Part shown: in pieces, positions 36,858 through 47,185 of the stretch | Layout of the letters: each line of letters starts with the position of its first letter | Position numbering within the stretch: the stretch's first letter is position 1 | Origin: an uncultured delta proteobacterium | Lineage (GTDB): Bacteria; Myxococcota; Myxococcia; Myxococcales; Myxococcaceae | Direction of reading: 5' to 3' | DNA: 64,000 nucleotides | Assembly (NCBI GenBank): GCA_963771175.1 | Contig: CAVYSY010000008.1 | Span: 1-64,000, forward strand | The notes under the pieces: model-generated | The model's database searches: none | Seen by the model: only the letters and a program-made list of their open reading frames with translations | What the model was told of the DNA's origin: nothing | Translations under genes and position numbers: made by a program

Positions 36858-37306
36858 GGGGCCTCCTGCTTCGCCAACCACGCGCCCAGCGTCTCGCGGG
36901 AGACGGGACGCGCCGCGCCCACGGGCACGAGGTGTCCCGAGCGGGGCAGCACGGCGAGCGGAGTCCCCGCACGAGCACGGGCGACGAGCGCGCGGTCGAG
37001 CAGCGCGGGGGCCACGTCCGGGGCGAGCGTGCACGGAAGCAGCAGCGAGGGAGCCGCCGCGTCACGCCCGAGGTACACGACACCATCCACCCACGGGAGC
37101 GACTCCGAGTCGCCCAGCAACACCAGCACGCCGTGCCCGGCCACACCGCTCCAGCGAGCGAGCGCCGCGTCCTGCTCCGCCAGCACCCGCCGCGCGAGCG
37201 CGAGCGCCACAGGCCCCACGCCCGCCACCGCGAGCGCGGGAAGCGGTTGGACCCGAGGGCTCCAGGAAGGAGAGAAGCGCGGCTCTGGACTCAACGGGCT
37301 CACCAC
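36854..37306 (-). CDS. bpX5-type small component
   Basis: WSPRVQPL...LVLLG..ESLPWVDGVVYLGRD. Confidence 0.68.
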   Translation of the reverse strand: MVSPLSPEPRFSPSWSPRVQPLPALAVAGVGPVALALARRVLAEQDAALARWSGVAGHGVLVLLGDSESLPWVDGVVYLGRDAAAPSLLLPCTLAPDVAPALLDRALVARARAGTPLAVLPRSGHLVPVGAARPVSRETLGAWLAKQEAP

Positions 37307-37344
37307 GAGGCGGAGCCTACCTCACCTGGTGCCTGACACCCGCG

Positions 37345-38247
37345 TCACTCCAGGAAGCGGCGATCCCAACGGAGCAGCTCCTCGGGAACAGTGTTTCCGA
37401 AGAACGCCTTGCGTTGGTAGAGGTAGGGCTCGAGAACCCGGGCGAGCGCGCGGTGCAGGGGGAGCGTCTGGCCCGCCTCCACGTCCCCCACCTCCGACCG
37501 CTCTCCGAGCGTGATGAGCACCCGGTCTCCACTCATCTCCTGGAGGGAAATGCCCGGGAGCGCCAGACGCTCGCGCAGGCCGGACACACCGCCGAGCTCG
37601 CCGAGTACCGGCTGCCCGAGGAAGTTCATCCAGTGCACGCCATCCACCCTGGTACCCACGTGCATGGTGGCGCCGCTCGAGGCGAGCGGCACTCCCTGGT
37701 AGCGCGGACGGATGAGCTTGAGTGCCTCGACCGCGTCCCCCCTGGACGAGCAAAAGACGAAGTCCACATACCCCGAGGAGAAGGGAAGCTCCGCCGCCAG
37801 TTCGAGGGCGAATGCACGGACGTGCTCCGGACCCCGCTCTTGCAGGTACTGCGTGGGCAGACGCAGGTATAGGACGCAGACGTCGTCCTTCCGCTCTGGC
37901 CAGGGGAGGGGAACAGGGGACAACCCCCGGTAGTCCACGAGGAGGCCATCCACATTATGGGGTTTGCCCTCCAATCTCAGGGAGCCGCTCCTGCCGGGCC
38001 CTGCTTCCAGAGTCTTCTTGCGGGTTCTTTCCCAGGAAGCGTCATCGAGCGGCTCGGCTTGCCCGTCACCCGTGTCGTTCCAGGCGAGTCGGTAGGGCCG
38101 TATCCGTTCCCGAAAGAACTCCACGGCACGAATGACGGAGGGTGCGATCCGCTCGTTGGGATGTGGAATATAGAAGCACATGAGCAGGACATCGCTTCCA
38201 CACAACCAACCGCGCTTGTTGTAGTACCGCAACTTCGGATAGCGCAT
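37345..38247 (-). CDS. DUF3396/TsiV-like immunity protein
   Basis: LPTQYLQERGPEHVRAFALELAAELPFSSGY, GVHWMNFLGQPVLGELGG, LPLHRALARVLEP, RWDRRFL. Confidence 0.85.
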   Translation of the reverse strand: MRYPKLRYYNKRGWLCGSDVLLMCFYIPHPNERIAPSVIRAVEFFRERIRPYRLAWNDTGDGQAEPLDDASWERTRKKTLEAGPGRSGSLRLEGKPHNVDGLLVDYRGLSPVPLPWPERKDDVCVLYLRLPTQYLQERGPEHVRAFALELAAELPFSSGYVDFVFCSSRGDAVEALKLIRPRYQGVPLASSGATMHVGTRVDGVHWMNFLGQPVLGELGGVSGLRERLALPGISLQEMSGDRVLITLGERSEVGDVEAGQTLPLHRALARVLEPYLYQRKAFFGNTVPEELLRWDRRFLE

Positions 38248-38262
38248 AAAGGGCACCCTTCC

Positions 38263-39120
38263 CTACTCAACAGGGACTACGCCCTCCCGTGGAGAGACGA
38301 GCCTGGGTTCCACCCCAAGGGCTTCATTATAGAGGTCTCCCTGTGACCAGTCCTTCCAACGCCCTTCCTCATACGGCTCCCACTGAGCGACATGGGTCTT
38401 CGGGCACGGGAACTTGAGATCGTACACGTGGACGGCGAAGCCGTTCTCATCCAGGAGGACGATGTCCGGCTCGATGGTCCCCCTCAGACCCGACCAGCCC
38501 TCCTGCGTCACGATCTGACTCACCTCGTTGTCATTCAGGTACTCCCATTTTCCCGTCCTCGGGTTGAGGTAGAAGCGGGGGTGGAGCAGATAGCGTCCCG
38601 GCACCAGCTTTTTCAGCGCCTCGCGTAGACACGGCCAGGCCTGCTCGTGCTTGAAGAGTCCCAGGTAGGCGGCCCACGTCGTCCGTTCGCCCACCTTGAC
38701 CTGCTGGCAGAGCTCCCGGCTCGGGCTCTTGCCGTTGAAATGGTGGTCGTTGACCTGCTGCTCCGCCTGGCGGACGCACTGCACGATGGCCTTCTCGACC
38801 TTCGTGAGCAGGTCCGCCGCCAACTCCACGCCCCGGCGCTCGGCGGAACCGATCTGCACGGCCTGCACCGCCAGGCCCCCCGCCACGCCGACGGCAGTGA
38901 CCTTGAGCGCCAGGGAGGGGGTACGCCCCAGGGCTTCGGCGGCCTCCGCCTCCTCCACGGCCCGAGCCAGCTCGGACGAGCCGGTGCACCGCTCCCACTG
39001 GCCGGGGTTCTTCTTGAGACAGCACTCGGGGGTCAGGTCCCGGGGGCCGCACTCTCCCGCCACCTCGACGGAATCCGACCACCCCGCCTGAAGCATGACC
39101 AGGAGAACCAGCAACCGCAC
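38263..39120 (-). CDS. Putative restriction-endonuclease-fold toxin
   Basis: LGLFKH, LRGTIEPDIVL...VYDLKFPC...QGDLY.EAL; lies directly upstream of DUF3396. Start uncertain. Confidence 0.7.
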   Translation of the reverse strand: MRLLVLLVMLQAGWSDSVEVAGECGPRDLTPECCLKKNPGQWERCTGSSELARAVEEAEAAEALGRTPSLALKVTAVGVAGGLAVQAVQIGSAERRGVELAADLLTKVEKAIVQCVRQAEQQVNDHHFNGKSPSRELCQQVKVGERTTWAAYLGLFKHEQAWPCLREALKKLVPGRYLLHPRFYLNPRTGKWEYLNDNEVSQIVTQEGWSGLRGTIEPDIVLLDENGFAVHVYDLKFPCPKTHVAQWEPYEEGRWKDWSQGDLYNEALGVEPRLVSPREGVVPVE

Positions 39121-39138
39121 GGGCCTACTCCTCGGTGT

Positions 39139-39730
39139 ATGAAGCACGGAATCCACTCTCTGCGCTCCTTCCTGGCGGAGCGCTCCCCCGAAGGCCCTCT
39201 TCCAGCGCCGCGACCTGGAGGCACTCGAGCCGCTCGTCACCCTCGAGTGGAAGCAACCCACGAGCGAGCACTTCTACCGGGAGATGCGCGAGCGTTTCGA
39301 AGGGTTGCTGCTGCTGCCCGGCCACCATGCCTTGCCTGCTGGCCACCTGGCCCAGGGGGTGTCGCTGGGCAAGGAGCTGCAGCGGCGCGCCCGGGCCAGC
39401 GCGGCGCACCTGAACGAGGACGAGCGGAGGTGGATGGGGCGGCTGCTGTGGGAGGTGGGCGCGCGCCTGCGCGAGCAGCGCTCGCGTCTGGAGCTGGAGC
39501 AGGGGGCTGCTGCTGCAGGTGTTCGGCTCCGAGCTGACGGGGCACAGCCCGACGCGGGTGGACGAGCATCGACCTGTGGGTGGAGCTGGGCAGGTGGGAG
39601 GAGGCGCTGAAACGCGTCGGGCTTCAAGCGCTGGCCGCTGGCCTCGCTACATGAAGAGTCCCGCGAGCCCCGGGCCCGCGACGAGCATGCCTGGCTGCGC
39701 GCCTTCGCGGGCAAGGGCGAGCTGCCCTGA
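39139..39730 (+). pseudogene. Frameshifted helical gene or gene fragment on the opposite strand inside the MoxR operon
   Basis: Joined frames read MKHGIHSLRSFLAE...EHFYREMRERFEGL...RWPLASLHEESREPRARDEHAWLRAFAGKGELP*. Confidence 0.45.
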
Positions 39731-39744
39731 AGCATCGGACGACG

Positions 39745-40903
39745 TCAGGCCACCTCGGTCCGGGGAGCCCGGACAGGGCCGCGCGCAACTCCTCGCGCAC
39801 CGCCTGGAGCTCCGGGGGCAGGGCCTCGGGAGCGAAGCCCGCGTCCATCTCGCGCGCCACGCCCTCCAGCTTCAGCCGCCAGGAGGCGAGGGCCTCGGCG
39901 TCCGCGTCCGAGGGCCGCTCGGCGAGCACGGCCCGGCCGGCCTGGGCGATGCGCTGGCCCGCGCGAGCGGCCCGGCACTGGCCTCGAGGGCGGCGGCGGA
40001 CAGGGCCGGGTTCTCCGAGTGGGCCAGCAGCTCGCGCAGCACGTCGCGCGCGAGGGCCTGTCCCTCCTTGGTGGGCACGGCGTAGATGAGGGGCCACAGG
40101 TCGGCGACGCTCGGGGTGCGGCGCCCGGCGAGCGCGGCGGCGGCGGCCACGAGGCGCTGCACCTTCACCATGCGCCGGTCACTCAGGCCGATGCCGGCGG
40201 CGCGCAGGGTGCGCAGCGCGTGGGCGAGGTGGGGACGCGCGGGCCCGAGGTCCGCCTCGCGCGCGGCCTGGGCGAGCACGTCCAGCGCCTCCAATGACGC
40301 GGTGCGTGCATCCTCCGAGCGCCACAGCGAGGCGCCCCCGGCGAGCAGCTCCTCCAGCCGCGGGTCGGGCACGGGCTCCACGAAGGTGCGCGCGAGGAAG
40401 CGGTCGGCGAAGGCGGCGAGGGACTCGTCCTCGGGCAGGGCGTTGGAGGCGCCCACGCACACGCGCAGGGGGCAGCGCATGCGGGTGTGGCCGCGCCGGA
40501 AGACGCGCTCGTTGAGCAGGCCCAGCAGCGTGTTGAGGATGGCGGTGGAGCCGAGGAACACCTCGTCGAGGAAGGCCACCTCGGCCTCGGGCAGCATGCC
40601 GGCCGTCTCCGTCTCCACGAGGCCCTCGCGCAGCTTGCGCAGGTCCACCGGGCCGAAGATTTCGGAGGGCTCGGTGAAGCGACCCAGGAGGTACTCGAAG
40701 TAGCTGCCCCCGAGCGCTCGCGCGATGCGTCGCACGGCCTCGCTCTTGGCGGTGCCGGGCGGGCCGATGACGAGCAGGTGCTCGCCGGCCACGGCGCACA
40801 GCGCCACCAGCTCCACCATGGCCTCACGCTCCACCAGGCCGCGGCCCGCGTCGGTGAGGGCCTCGCGCACGGCGAAAGCAGCCGCATCAAAAGAGGGGGA
40901 CAT
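39745..40903 (-). CDS. MoxR/RavA-type AAA+ ATPase
   Basis: GEHLLVIGPPGTAKS, FEYLLGRFTEPSEIFGP, FLDEVF, ILNTLL, GASN, DRF; 3' end frameshifted. Confidence 0.92.
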
Positions 40904-41005
40904 GGGGCGGACTCTACCCCGACCCGCCGCCGCCATTCCGCCGGAGGACGTACACACTGTGTGGGTGGACCTGACGGGGCGGGTCTGGGCTAAGCTCCGC
41001 GCCCA

Positions 41006-41587
41006 ATGCGACGCGTTGCGAGTCTCGGAAGCCTGGTGGTGGGGTTGTTGTGGGCGGGGACATCGGCAGCGGGGGAGTGGCGAGGGTACGGCTCAGTCAG
41101 CACCGGCCTCATCATCGATCACATCTCCGGAGTGCGAGCCAAGGGCGGCGCGCTCCAGGCCTACCTGGGAGTGGAGGCCCCCTTCGGGCTGTCGCTCGGC
41201 GTGGTGGGCGAAGGTGTCGAGACGTGGGGCGCGAGCCTCCAGGGCCAGCAGTTGCAACTGGACTACCGCTCGCTGGGGCTGGAGGTGCGCCTGCGCTTCC
41301 TGCGCGACGGAGGGGTGAACCCGTGGGTGGGGCTGCGCGTGGCGCAGAGCCGCTCCACGCCGCTGACGTTGGATGACTTCGGGGCGCCGCGGCGGATGCT
41401 GCACGACGGGCTGAGCACGGCGGTGCGCCTGGGCATGGACACGTGGCTGGGGGAGCACCTGGGCATCTCGGTCTCCACGGCCTGGCAGTGGTGCGACGTG
41501 CGGGTGGACGGGAGCACCGCCCCCGAGACCGGCGAGTGCGCCAAGCCGCTGCACTCCATCCTGGGCGGCCCCACGCTGCGCTTCTGA
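41006..41587 (+). CDS. Small outer-membrane beta-barrel protein
   Basis: Signal peptide, amphipathic strands, C-terminal Phe. Confidence 0.65.
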   Translation: MRRVASLGSLVVGLLWAGTSAAGEWRGYGSVSTGLIIDHISGVRAKGGALQAYLGVEAPFGLSLGVVGEGVETWGASLQGQQLQLDYRSLGLEVRLRFLRDGGVNPWVGLRVAQSRSTPLTLDDFGAPRRMLHDGLSTAVRLGMDTWLGEHLGISVSTAWQWCDVRVDGSTAPETGECAKPLHSILGGPTLRF

Positions 41588-41686
41588 GCCGCCCTGCCCT
41601 CGTGTTGTTCACTGTCGCGCGACACCTCCGTCCCGAGTGACGGGAAGATGTTCGCGGCACACGCACGGGGAGTTTAAGGTGGGTGC

Positions 41687-42400
41687 ATGAATCGCGAATA
41701 CCACAAGTGGTACAGCGAGCGTCTGGGCCGGGACATGGAGCTGCTGCTCTTCGGGCACTCTGGAGAGCCGGTGTTGCTGTTGCCCACCAGCAAGGGACGC
41801 TTCTTCCAGGCGGAGGACTTCGGCCTTATCGGGGCGCTCTCGGATCGCATCAAGGCAGGGCGCTACGTCGTGGTGTGCGCGGACTCGGTGGACGAGGAGA
41901 GCTGGTTCAACACGTCCGTCCATCCGCATGAGCGGGTGGCGAGGCACGCGGCGTACGAGCAGTACCTGCTGCACGAGGTGGTACCGCTGCTGACGTCGCG
42001 CAGCTCAGGAGGCCGGCTGACACTGGGCGGGTGCAGCTTCGGAGGCTTCCACACCTACAACATCGGGCTGCGCAACCCGCACGTCTTCCAGCGCCTGCTG
42101 TCGATGGGAGGCAAGTTCGAGACGGAGGACTTCCTCGACGGCCACCATGACGAGAGCGTGTACTACCACTCGTGCATGCAGTGGCTGCCAGGGGTGAAGG
42201 ACCCGGGACAGCTCGCGGCGCTGCGCCGGGTGGAGATGATCCTCGCGGTGGGCGAGCACGACTTCTGCCGCCCGTCGAACGAGAAGCTGTCGAAGCTGCT
42301 GTGGTCCAAGGACATCGCCAACCAACTGGCCATCTGGTGGGGCGGGACACACGACTGGCCGGTGTGGCGGCAGATGATCCAGCACTACCTGCCGGGGTGA
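41687..42400 (+). CDS. Esterase family alpha/beta hydrolase
   Basis: LLFGHSGEP, GCSFGG elbow, HDWPVWRQM. Confidence 0.9.
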   Translation: MNREYHKWYSERLGRDMELLLFGHSGEPVLLLPTSKGRFFQAEDFGLIGALSDRIKAGRYVVVCADSVDEESWFNTSVHPHERVARHAAYEQYLLHEVVPLLTSRSSGGRLTLGGCSFGGFHTYNIGLRNPHVFQRLLSMGGKFETEDFLDGHHDESVYYHSCMQWLPGVKDPGQLAALRRVEMILAVGEHDFCRPSNEKLSKLLWSKDIANQLAIWWGGTHDWPVWRQMIQHYLPG

Positions 42401-42441
42401 CGGGGGCCCGGAGGCCTACCAGCCTCCGTCGGTTCCGTGAC

Positions 42442-42813
42442 TCAGCGGCCCTGCACCTCACGCTGGCGCAGGGCGACGAACTCGGCGACGAAATCGAGGA
42501 ACTTGCGGATGGCGCGCTCGTGGTCGCCGTCGCAGTCGCGCAGGTACTTGGCTGCCCAGCCCTCCGTGGGGAACTCGTGCTTCACGTCGCGGAGCCAGTC
42601 GTGGAAGAGACCGTACTCCTCGTCCTCCACACCGTTGGCGCTCTGGCAGGCGCGGTAGCCATCGGTAAACGCCACCATCCGGATGGCATTGATGTCCCCC
42701 AGATACATGGCCAACAGTCCCTTCACCATGTCACTCCGCATGCGCATCAAATAATCGAGCAGATACACATTCCGGTACGAAGACTGGCCTGTCGAAATAT
42801 CTTCTCCACTCAT
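42442..42813 (-). CDS. Small helical protein, putative immunity
   Basis: ATGA overlap with the upstream gene; F.DWL...GW motif; low GC. Confidence 0.6.
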   Translation of the reverse strand: MSGEDISTGQSSYRNVYLLDYLMRMRSDMVKGLLAMYLGDINAIRMVAFTDGYRACQSANGVEDEEYGLFHDWLRDVKHEFPTEGWAAKYLRDCDGDHERAIRKFLDFVAEFVALRQREVQGR

Positions 42814-43367
42814 GGCGAGGACACGACCTTCCAGGTTACACCCATTTCGGCATGAAGCCGGGACAGATACTCCGTCAATTTCATACCAGCCGGTCCTGTA
42901 TGGGCGTCGTAGACCATGTCCTCGATTTTGACGATGACATGATAGCCATTGTACGTGATGCCAGGACTCTTCCCGCTCGTCATGTCGAAGGCAATATAAT
43001 CTTTCTTACCTAGAGCCCTGATGGCCACATATTGCGGCGTCTGGCCCAGCTTGCTGAACGCGGTGTGGATGATGCGGGCCACCTGCTGGCACTTGCCAGC
43101 GGCCTGATTCGCAACGCTGTAGGCCCCCTGCAGGTCCATCAACCACGCGGGTGCCGCTTTTCCCGTATGGGCCTCGTACATCGCGATGGCGCCAGCGATG
43201 TCACCGCGGGCCAGGTACGCCAGCAGTTTGACCCGGATGGAGTCCGCGGACAGCACACTGGCCTGAACCAACCTGGCCGCCAACGCAGGCGATGCCGCCT
43301 GACTCGGACCGGACACGACCCCCGCCAACAGCAGGAGCCAGGGCACCATCACTCGAAGCATGCGCAT
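42810..43367 (-). CDS. Secreted protein with papain-like Cys-His-Asp signature, putative toxin
   Basis: Sec signal; GKCQQVA, NGYHVIV, VYDAHTG. Confidence 0.6.
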   Translation of the reverse strand: MRMLRVMVPWLLLLAGVVSGPSQAASPALAARLVQASVLSADSIRVKLLAYLARGDIAGAIAMYEAHTGKAAPAWLMDLQGAYSVANQAAGKCQQVARIIHTAFSKLGQTPQYVAIRALGKKDYIAFDMTSGKSPGITYNGYHVIVKIEDMVYDAHTGPAGMKLTEYLSRLHAEMGVTWKVVSSP

Positions 43368-43391
43368 GCTTCGAACCTAGAGCGCCCGCCC

Positions 43392-44768
43392 CTACGCCTC
43401 CAGCGGCTCGAAGGTGCCCGAGCTCTGGCGCTCGAAGCGCCAGAAGAGCGCGAGCGCCACGGCGGTGAGCCCCGCGCACAGGCCCCACCAGATGCCCACC
43501 ACGCCGAGCTTCAGCCCGAAGCCCAGCAGCAGCGCCACCGGCAGGCCCACCGCGTAGTGCCCCACGACGTTGGCGAGGAAGGTGAAGCGCGTGTCCCCCG
43601 CCCCGCGCAGCACGCCCGCGCCCACGCCCTGCACGCCGTCCGAGAGCTGGAAGACGGCGCACACCATCAACACCGGGACCACGATGGGAATCACCTCCCG
43701 CGGCGTCCCCATCAGGCGCGCCAGCGGCTCGGGAAAGAGCGCGAACAGCAGGGCACTCAGCGACATGAAGCCCGCGCCCGAGGCGAAGGCCATCAGCCCG
43801 CTCAGCCGGGCCTGGGGCGTGTTGCGAGCCCCCACGGCCCACCCCACCCGCACGCTGCCCGCGTTACCGATGCCCACCGCCACCGTGAAGGAGAGGCTGC
43901 CGTAGGTGATGGCGATCTGATGCGCGCTCATGCTCTCCGGGCCGAGAAACCGCGCCAGCACGCCCGCCAGGGAGAAGACGCCCACCTCGGCCGCGATATG
44001 AAGGCCGATGGGCAGTCCCACCCGGTACGCCTGGAGGATGTCCGCCCGCACCGGTCGCACCGAGGGCACTCCCCCGGGCACGGGAATCCGCCGCACCGCC
44101 CACGCGATGATGGCCCACTGCAGCACGCAGCACAGCAACGTCGCGATGGCCGCGCCCTTCACCCCCAGGCCGGCACCAGGCGCAGCGGCCCGCACCAGGC
44201 CGGCAGCCCCTCGCCGCCGAAGACGAGGAGGATGTCCGCCCCCAGGTTGAAGACGTTGGCCACCACGGTGGCCACCACCAACGGGCGGGTGAGCGCCGCG
44301 GCCTGGAGGTAGGAGCGCGTGGTCATGAAGAGCAACATCAGGGGCAGGCTGGGTGCCCGCCACGTGAGGTAGTCGCTCACCTGGGTCAGCTCCGCGAAGT
44401 CCACCCCGAAGGAGGGCAGCAGCCGCGGCCCCACCACCAGCGGCACCGCCAGCACCGTCCCGGCGAGGAGCGCCAGATAGCTGCCCTGCCACAGGAGCAC
44501 CCGCGCACGCCGCGCATTGCCCGCCCCGAAGGCCTGCGGAGATGAGCGGGTCCACCCCCATCATCAGCCCCATGGCGAAGCTGCTGACGGCGAAGAACAC
44601 CGCCGTGGACAGCCCCACCGCGGCCAGTGCCTGCGTGCCGACCCGCCCCACCACGGCCGTGTCCACGACACTCATGAGGGACTGGCCCGTCTGGGCGATG
44701 GCGATGGGCAGGGCGAGCTTCCAGAGTTCTCGGAGCTCTTGGCGACGGGTCGGGAGTTCGGCGGACAT
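43392..44768 (-). CDS. MATE efflux transporter (compensating frameshifts)
   Basis: LWKLALPIAIAQ, VDTAVVGRVG, SAHQIA, DGVQGVGAGVLRGAGDT. Confidence 0.93.
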   Translation of the reverse strand: MSAELPTRRQELRELWKLALPIAIAQTGQSLMSVVDTAVVGRVGTQALAAVGLSTAVFFAVSSFAMGLMMGVDPLISAGLRGGQCAACAGAPVAGQLSGAPRRDGAGGAAGGGAAAAALLRGGLRGADPGERLPHVAGTQPAPDVALHDHALLPPGRGAHPPVGGGHRGGQRLQPGGGHPPRLRRRGAAGLVRAAAPGAGLGVKGAAIATLLCCVLQWAIIAWAVRRIPVPGGVPSVRPVRADILQAYRVGLPIGLHIAAEVGVFSLAGVLARFLGPESMSAHQIAITYGSLSFTVAVGIGNAGSVRVGWAVGARNTPQARLSGLMAFASGAGFMSLSALLFALFPEPLARLMGTPREVIPIVVPVLMVCAVFQLSDGVQGVGAGVLRGAGDTRFTFLANVVGHYAVGLPVALLLGFGLKLGVVGIWWGLCAGLTAVALALFWRFERQSSGTFEPLEA

Positions 44769-44896
44769 GGGAGCGGCTCGCCTATAGCGGGTTTCCACGC
44801 GGGATGCGCGGCCCTCCTCGCGGACGCACCGGGCCCTGCTTGCCTGACCCATGAGCCGGTCGCCCTCCCCCCAAGCGACCGGCTCTGTCTACTGCC

Positions 44897-47003
44897 TCAC
44901 GGGTAGGCGTACGAGATGGGATCGAAGCGCGAGGTGGCCAGCGGCTGCGAGAGGTTGCTCAAGGGAGCCACGCGCACCCCGGCATCGGAGATGGCGTACA
45001 CGTAGTCGTCCGCCATCACGCTGCGGCGCACGGCGGGCGAGTAGATATAGCTCCAGGTCGGAGAGCTGAACGTCTGGTACACGTCCTTCATGGAGATGGC
45101 GCCCACCGGGGTGAAGCCGGTGGCGGGGTCGACGCGGAAGACGCGCAGCTCGCTCACGAAGTTGCTCCAGTAGTCACCGGAGTAGGGCTGCGGCGACCAG
45201 TCCGCGAAGGGGATGGCCACCAGCCCCTTGGCCGGGAAGTAGTTGAAGGCCTTGTGCTCGTAGAGCGACTCGCTCCAGCCAGTAGGCCGTGCCCACCAGT
45301 TGCGTGAAGGCCTCGCGAGGATTGGCCGGGTCCGTCACGTCGAAGAGCGACAGCTTGAGGGACCGCGAGCCAAAGCTACCGTCCTCCGCCATGTGCACAC
45401 CGACGGTCAGCAGGTGCGTGTCCCCCAGCGGATGGATGTACGTGGAGAAGCCCGGCACCTTCAGCTCGCCCACCTTGCGCGGGTGCGCCGGGTCGGACAG
45501 GTCGAAGGTGAAGAGCGGATCCACCTGCCGGAACGTCACCACGTAGCCCTTGTCGCCCAGGAAGCGCGCGCTGTAGATGCGCTCGCCCTTGGCCAGCTCC
45601 TCGCTCTGCCCCAGCAGCTCGAGCTGGCCGCCCTTCTCGCCATAGGTGGAGACGCGGTTGGTCGTCTCGACACGGCCCCACGGGTTGCCGCTCTCCGACA
45701 CGCGCGAGGCGATGGTGGTGGCCACGCGCAGCACGCCCTCGTGCTCGTCCATGCTGAACTGGTCCAGCAGGTGCCCCTCCACCGTGCCGCTGGCCAGGTA
45801 GCGCGCGTGCTGCGGCTGGCCCAGGTCGAGCTTGTGGATATAGGTGTGGTCCTTCTGCCCCGGCTCCGGCCACCACCACCAGTGGGACGTGGCCAGGTAG
45901 AGCGCGCTGTCGGTGGCGTACACCACACCCGGCTCGGTCACCAGGGAGGTGCGGCCCGGGGCCTGCGCCACCGCCGCGTTCAAATCAATCGACGCCACGG
46001 TGACGATGCCCAGCCGCGTGGGCGCGTTCGTCTTGTGGAAGTCCTGGCAGTTGTACCCCACCGTCTCCACGGTACCGTCCGGCAGCTTGCGCCGGCCCTC
46101 GGGCAGCCAGGCCGCCAGCGAGCTCGAGCGGATGAGCTGCTCGTTCTGCTCCATCAGCTTGTCGATCTCCTTCTCCATCCTGGGCTCGTCCTCCCAGAGG
46201 TCCTGGGAGTAGTCGGGCCACCAGCGCATGCCCGAGGGCCAGCGGAACGAGTCGCGCATCACCAGCCGCACCGAGCCGCCCGTCAGCCGCGCGTTGTGGT
46301 AGCCGCCCGGCAGGTACAGCTCGCCCGTCACCCGGGGCGCGGACAGGTTGGACACGTCCACCGTCGTCAGCTTGGTGAGCGGCGCCGAATAAGCGCCACA
46401 GGGGCCCATGGGCGGGCACGCCACCGAGTCGCCAGTGCCCGACTCCGGAAGCGGCTCGTACACCTCGGAGAAGACGACCACCTGGTCCTCGTGAAGGAAC
46501 ATCTCCCGAGGCCAGCCCTCGAGCTTCAGCGAGGACTCGGCGCGCAGCGACTCGGCGGGCCAGGAGCGGTGCAGGTACAGCTTCTGCCCGGAGAGGACGA
46601 AGATGCGCGTGCCATCGTTCTTCACGAAGTCCGCCTCGTCCACGCCGGCCACCTGGTTGTTGGTGCCGGTGTGATTGTTCGGACCGGAGGACGCATTGTC
46701 GCCCGCCCCCGGTGCATTCGGAGCGCCCGCGGTGGGCGCCGAGGCTCCGTCCTCCACGGCCACGGGGCCGCCGAACCAGCCGCCGCGCGACTTCCAGTAG
46801 GACGGCTTGGACCGCTCCAGCGAGGTGCGCATGTCCAGCACCGCGGCGTCCTCGATATAGGACTCGAGCGCCCCGCAGCTCTCGAAGGACTCCAGCCTCG
46901 CCTTCATCTGCACCGGCTGGTTCTCGGGAATCCCGTTCTTATCACCGCACCCCACGAGCCCCAGCAACGCGAGCCCCAGCCAACCGCTGTTCTTCCAGTG
47001 CAT
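44897..47003 (-). CDS. Secreted beta-propeller-domain lipoprotein
   Basis: Lipobox LVGC, TNNQVAGVDEADFVKNDG, DQFSMDE, YVVTFRQVDPLF, GELKVPGFSTYIHP; frameshift near 45280. Confidence 0.9.
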
Positions 47004-47185
47004 GTACCGACTCCTCGTCTTCATCCGGCCCGGCAATCCGCGGCACGGGCTCTGCCACCCGCGTGCCAGGGCTCCGCGAACGGCCAGTCGCTCGGGATCT
47101 CGCGGAGTTGGAGGTAGCCGGGCGAGCGGAGGAGGCCTCGAAAAACCGAGGCCGCGGGCGCGAGCAGCCAGAAAACCGAGCAGGT

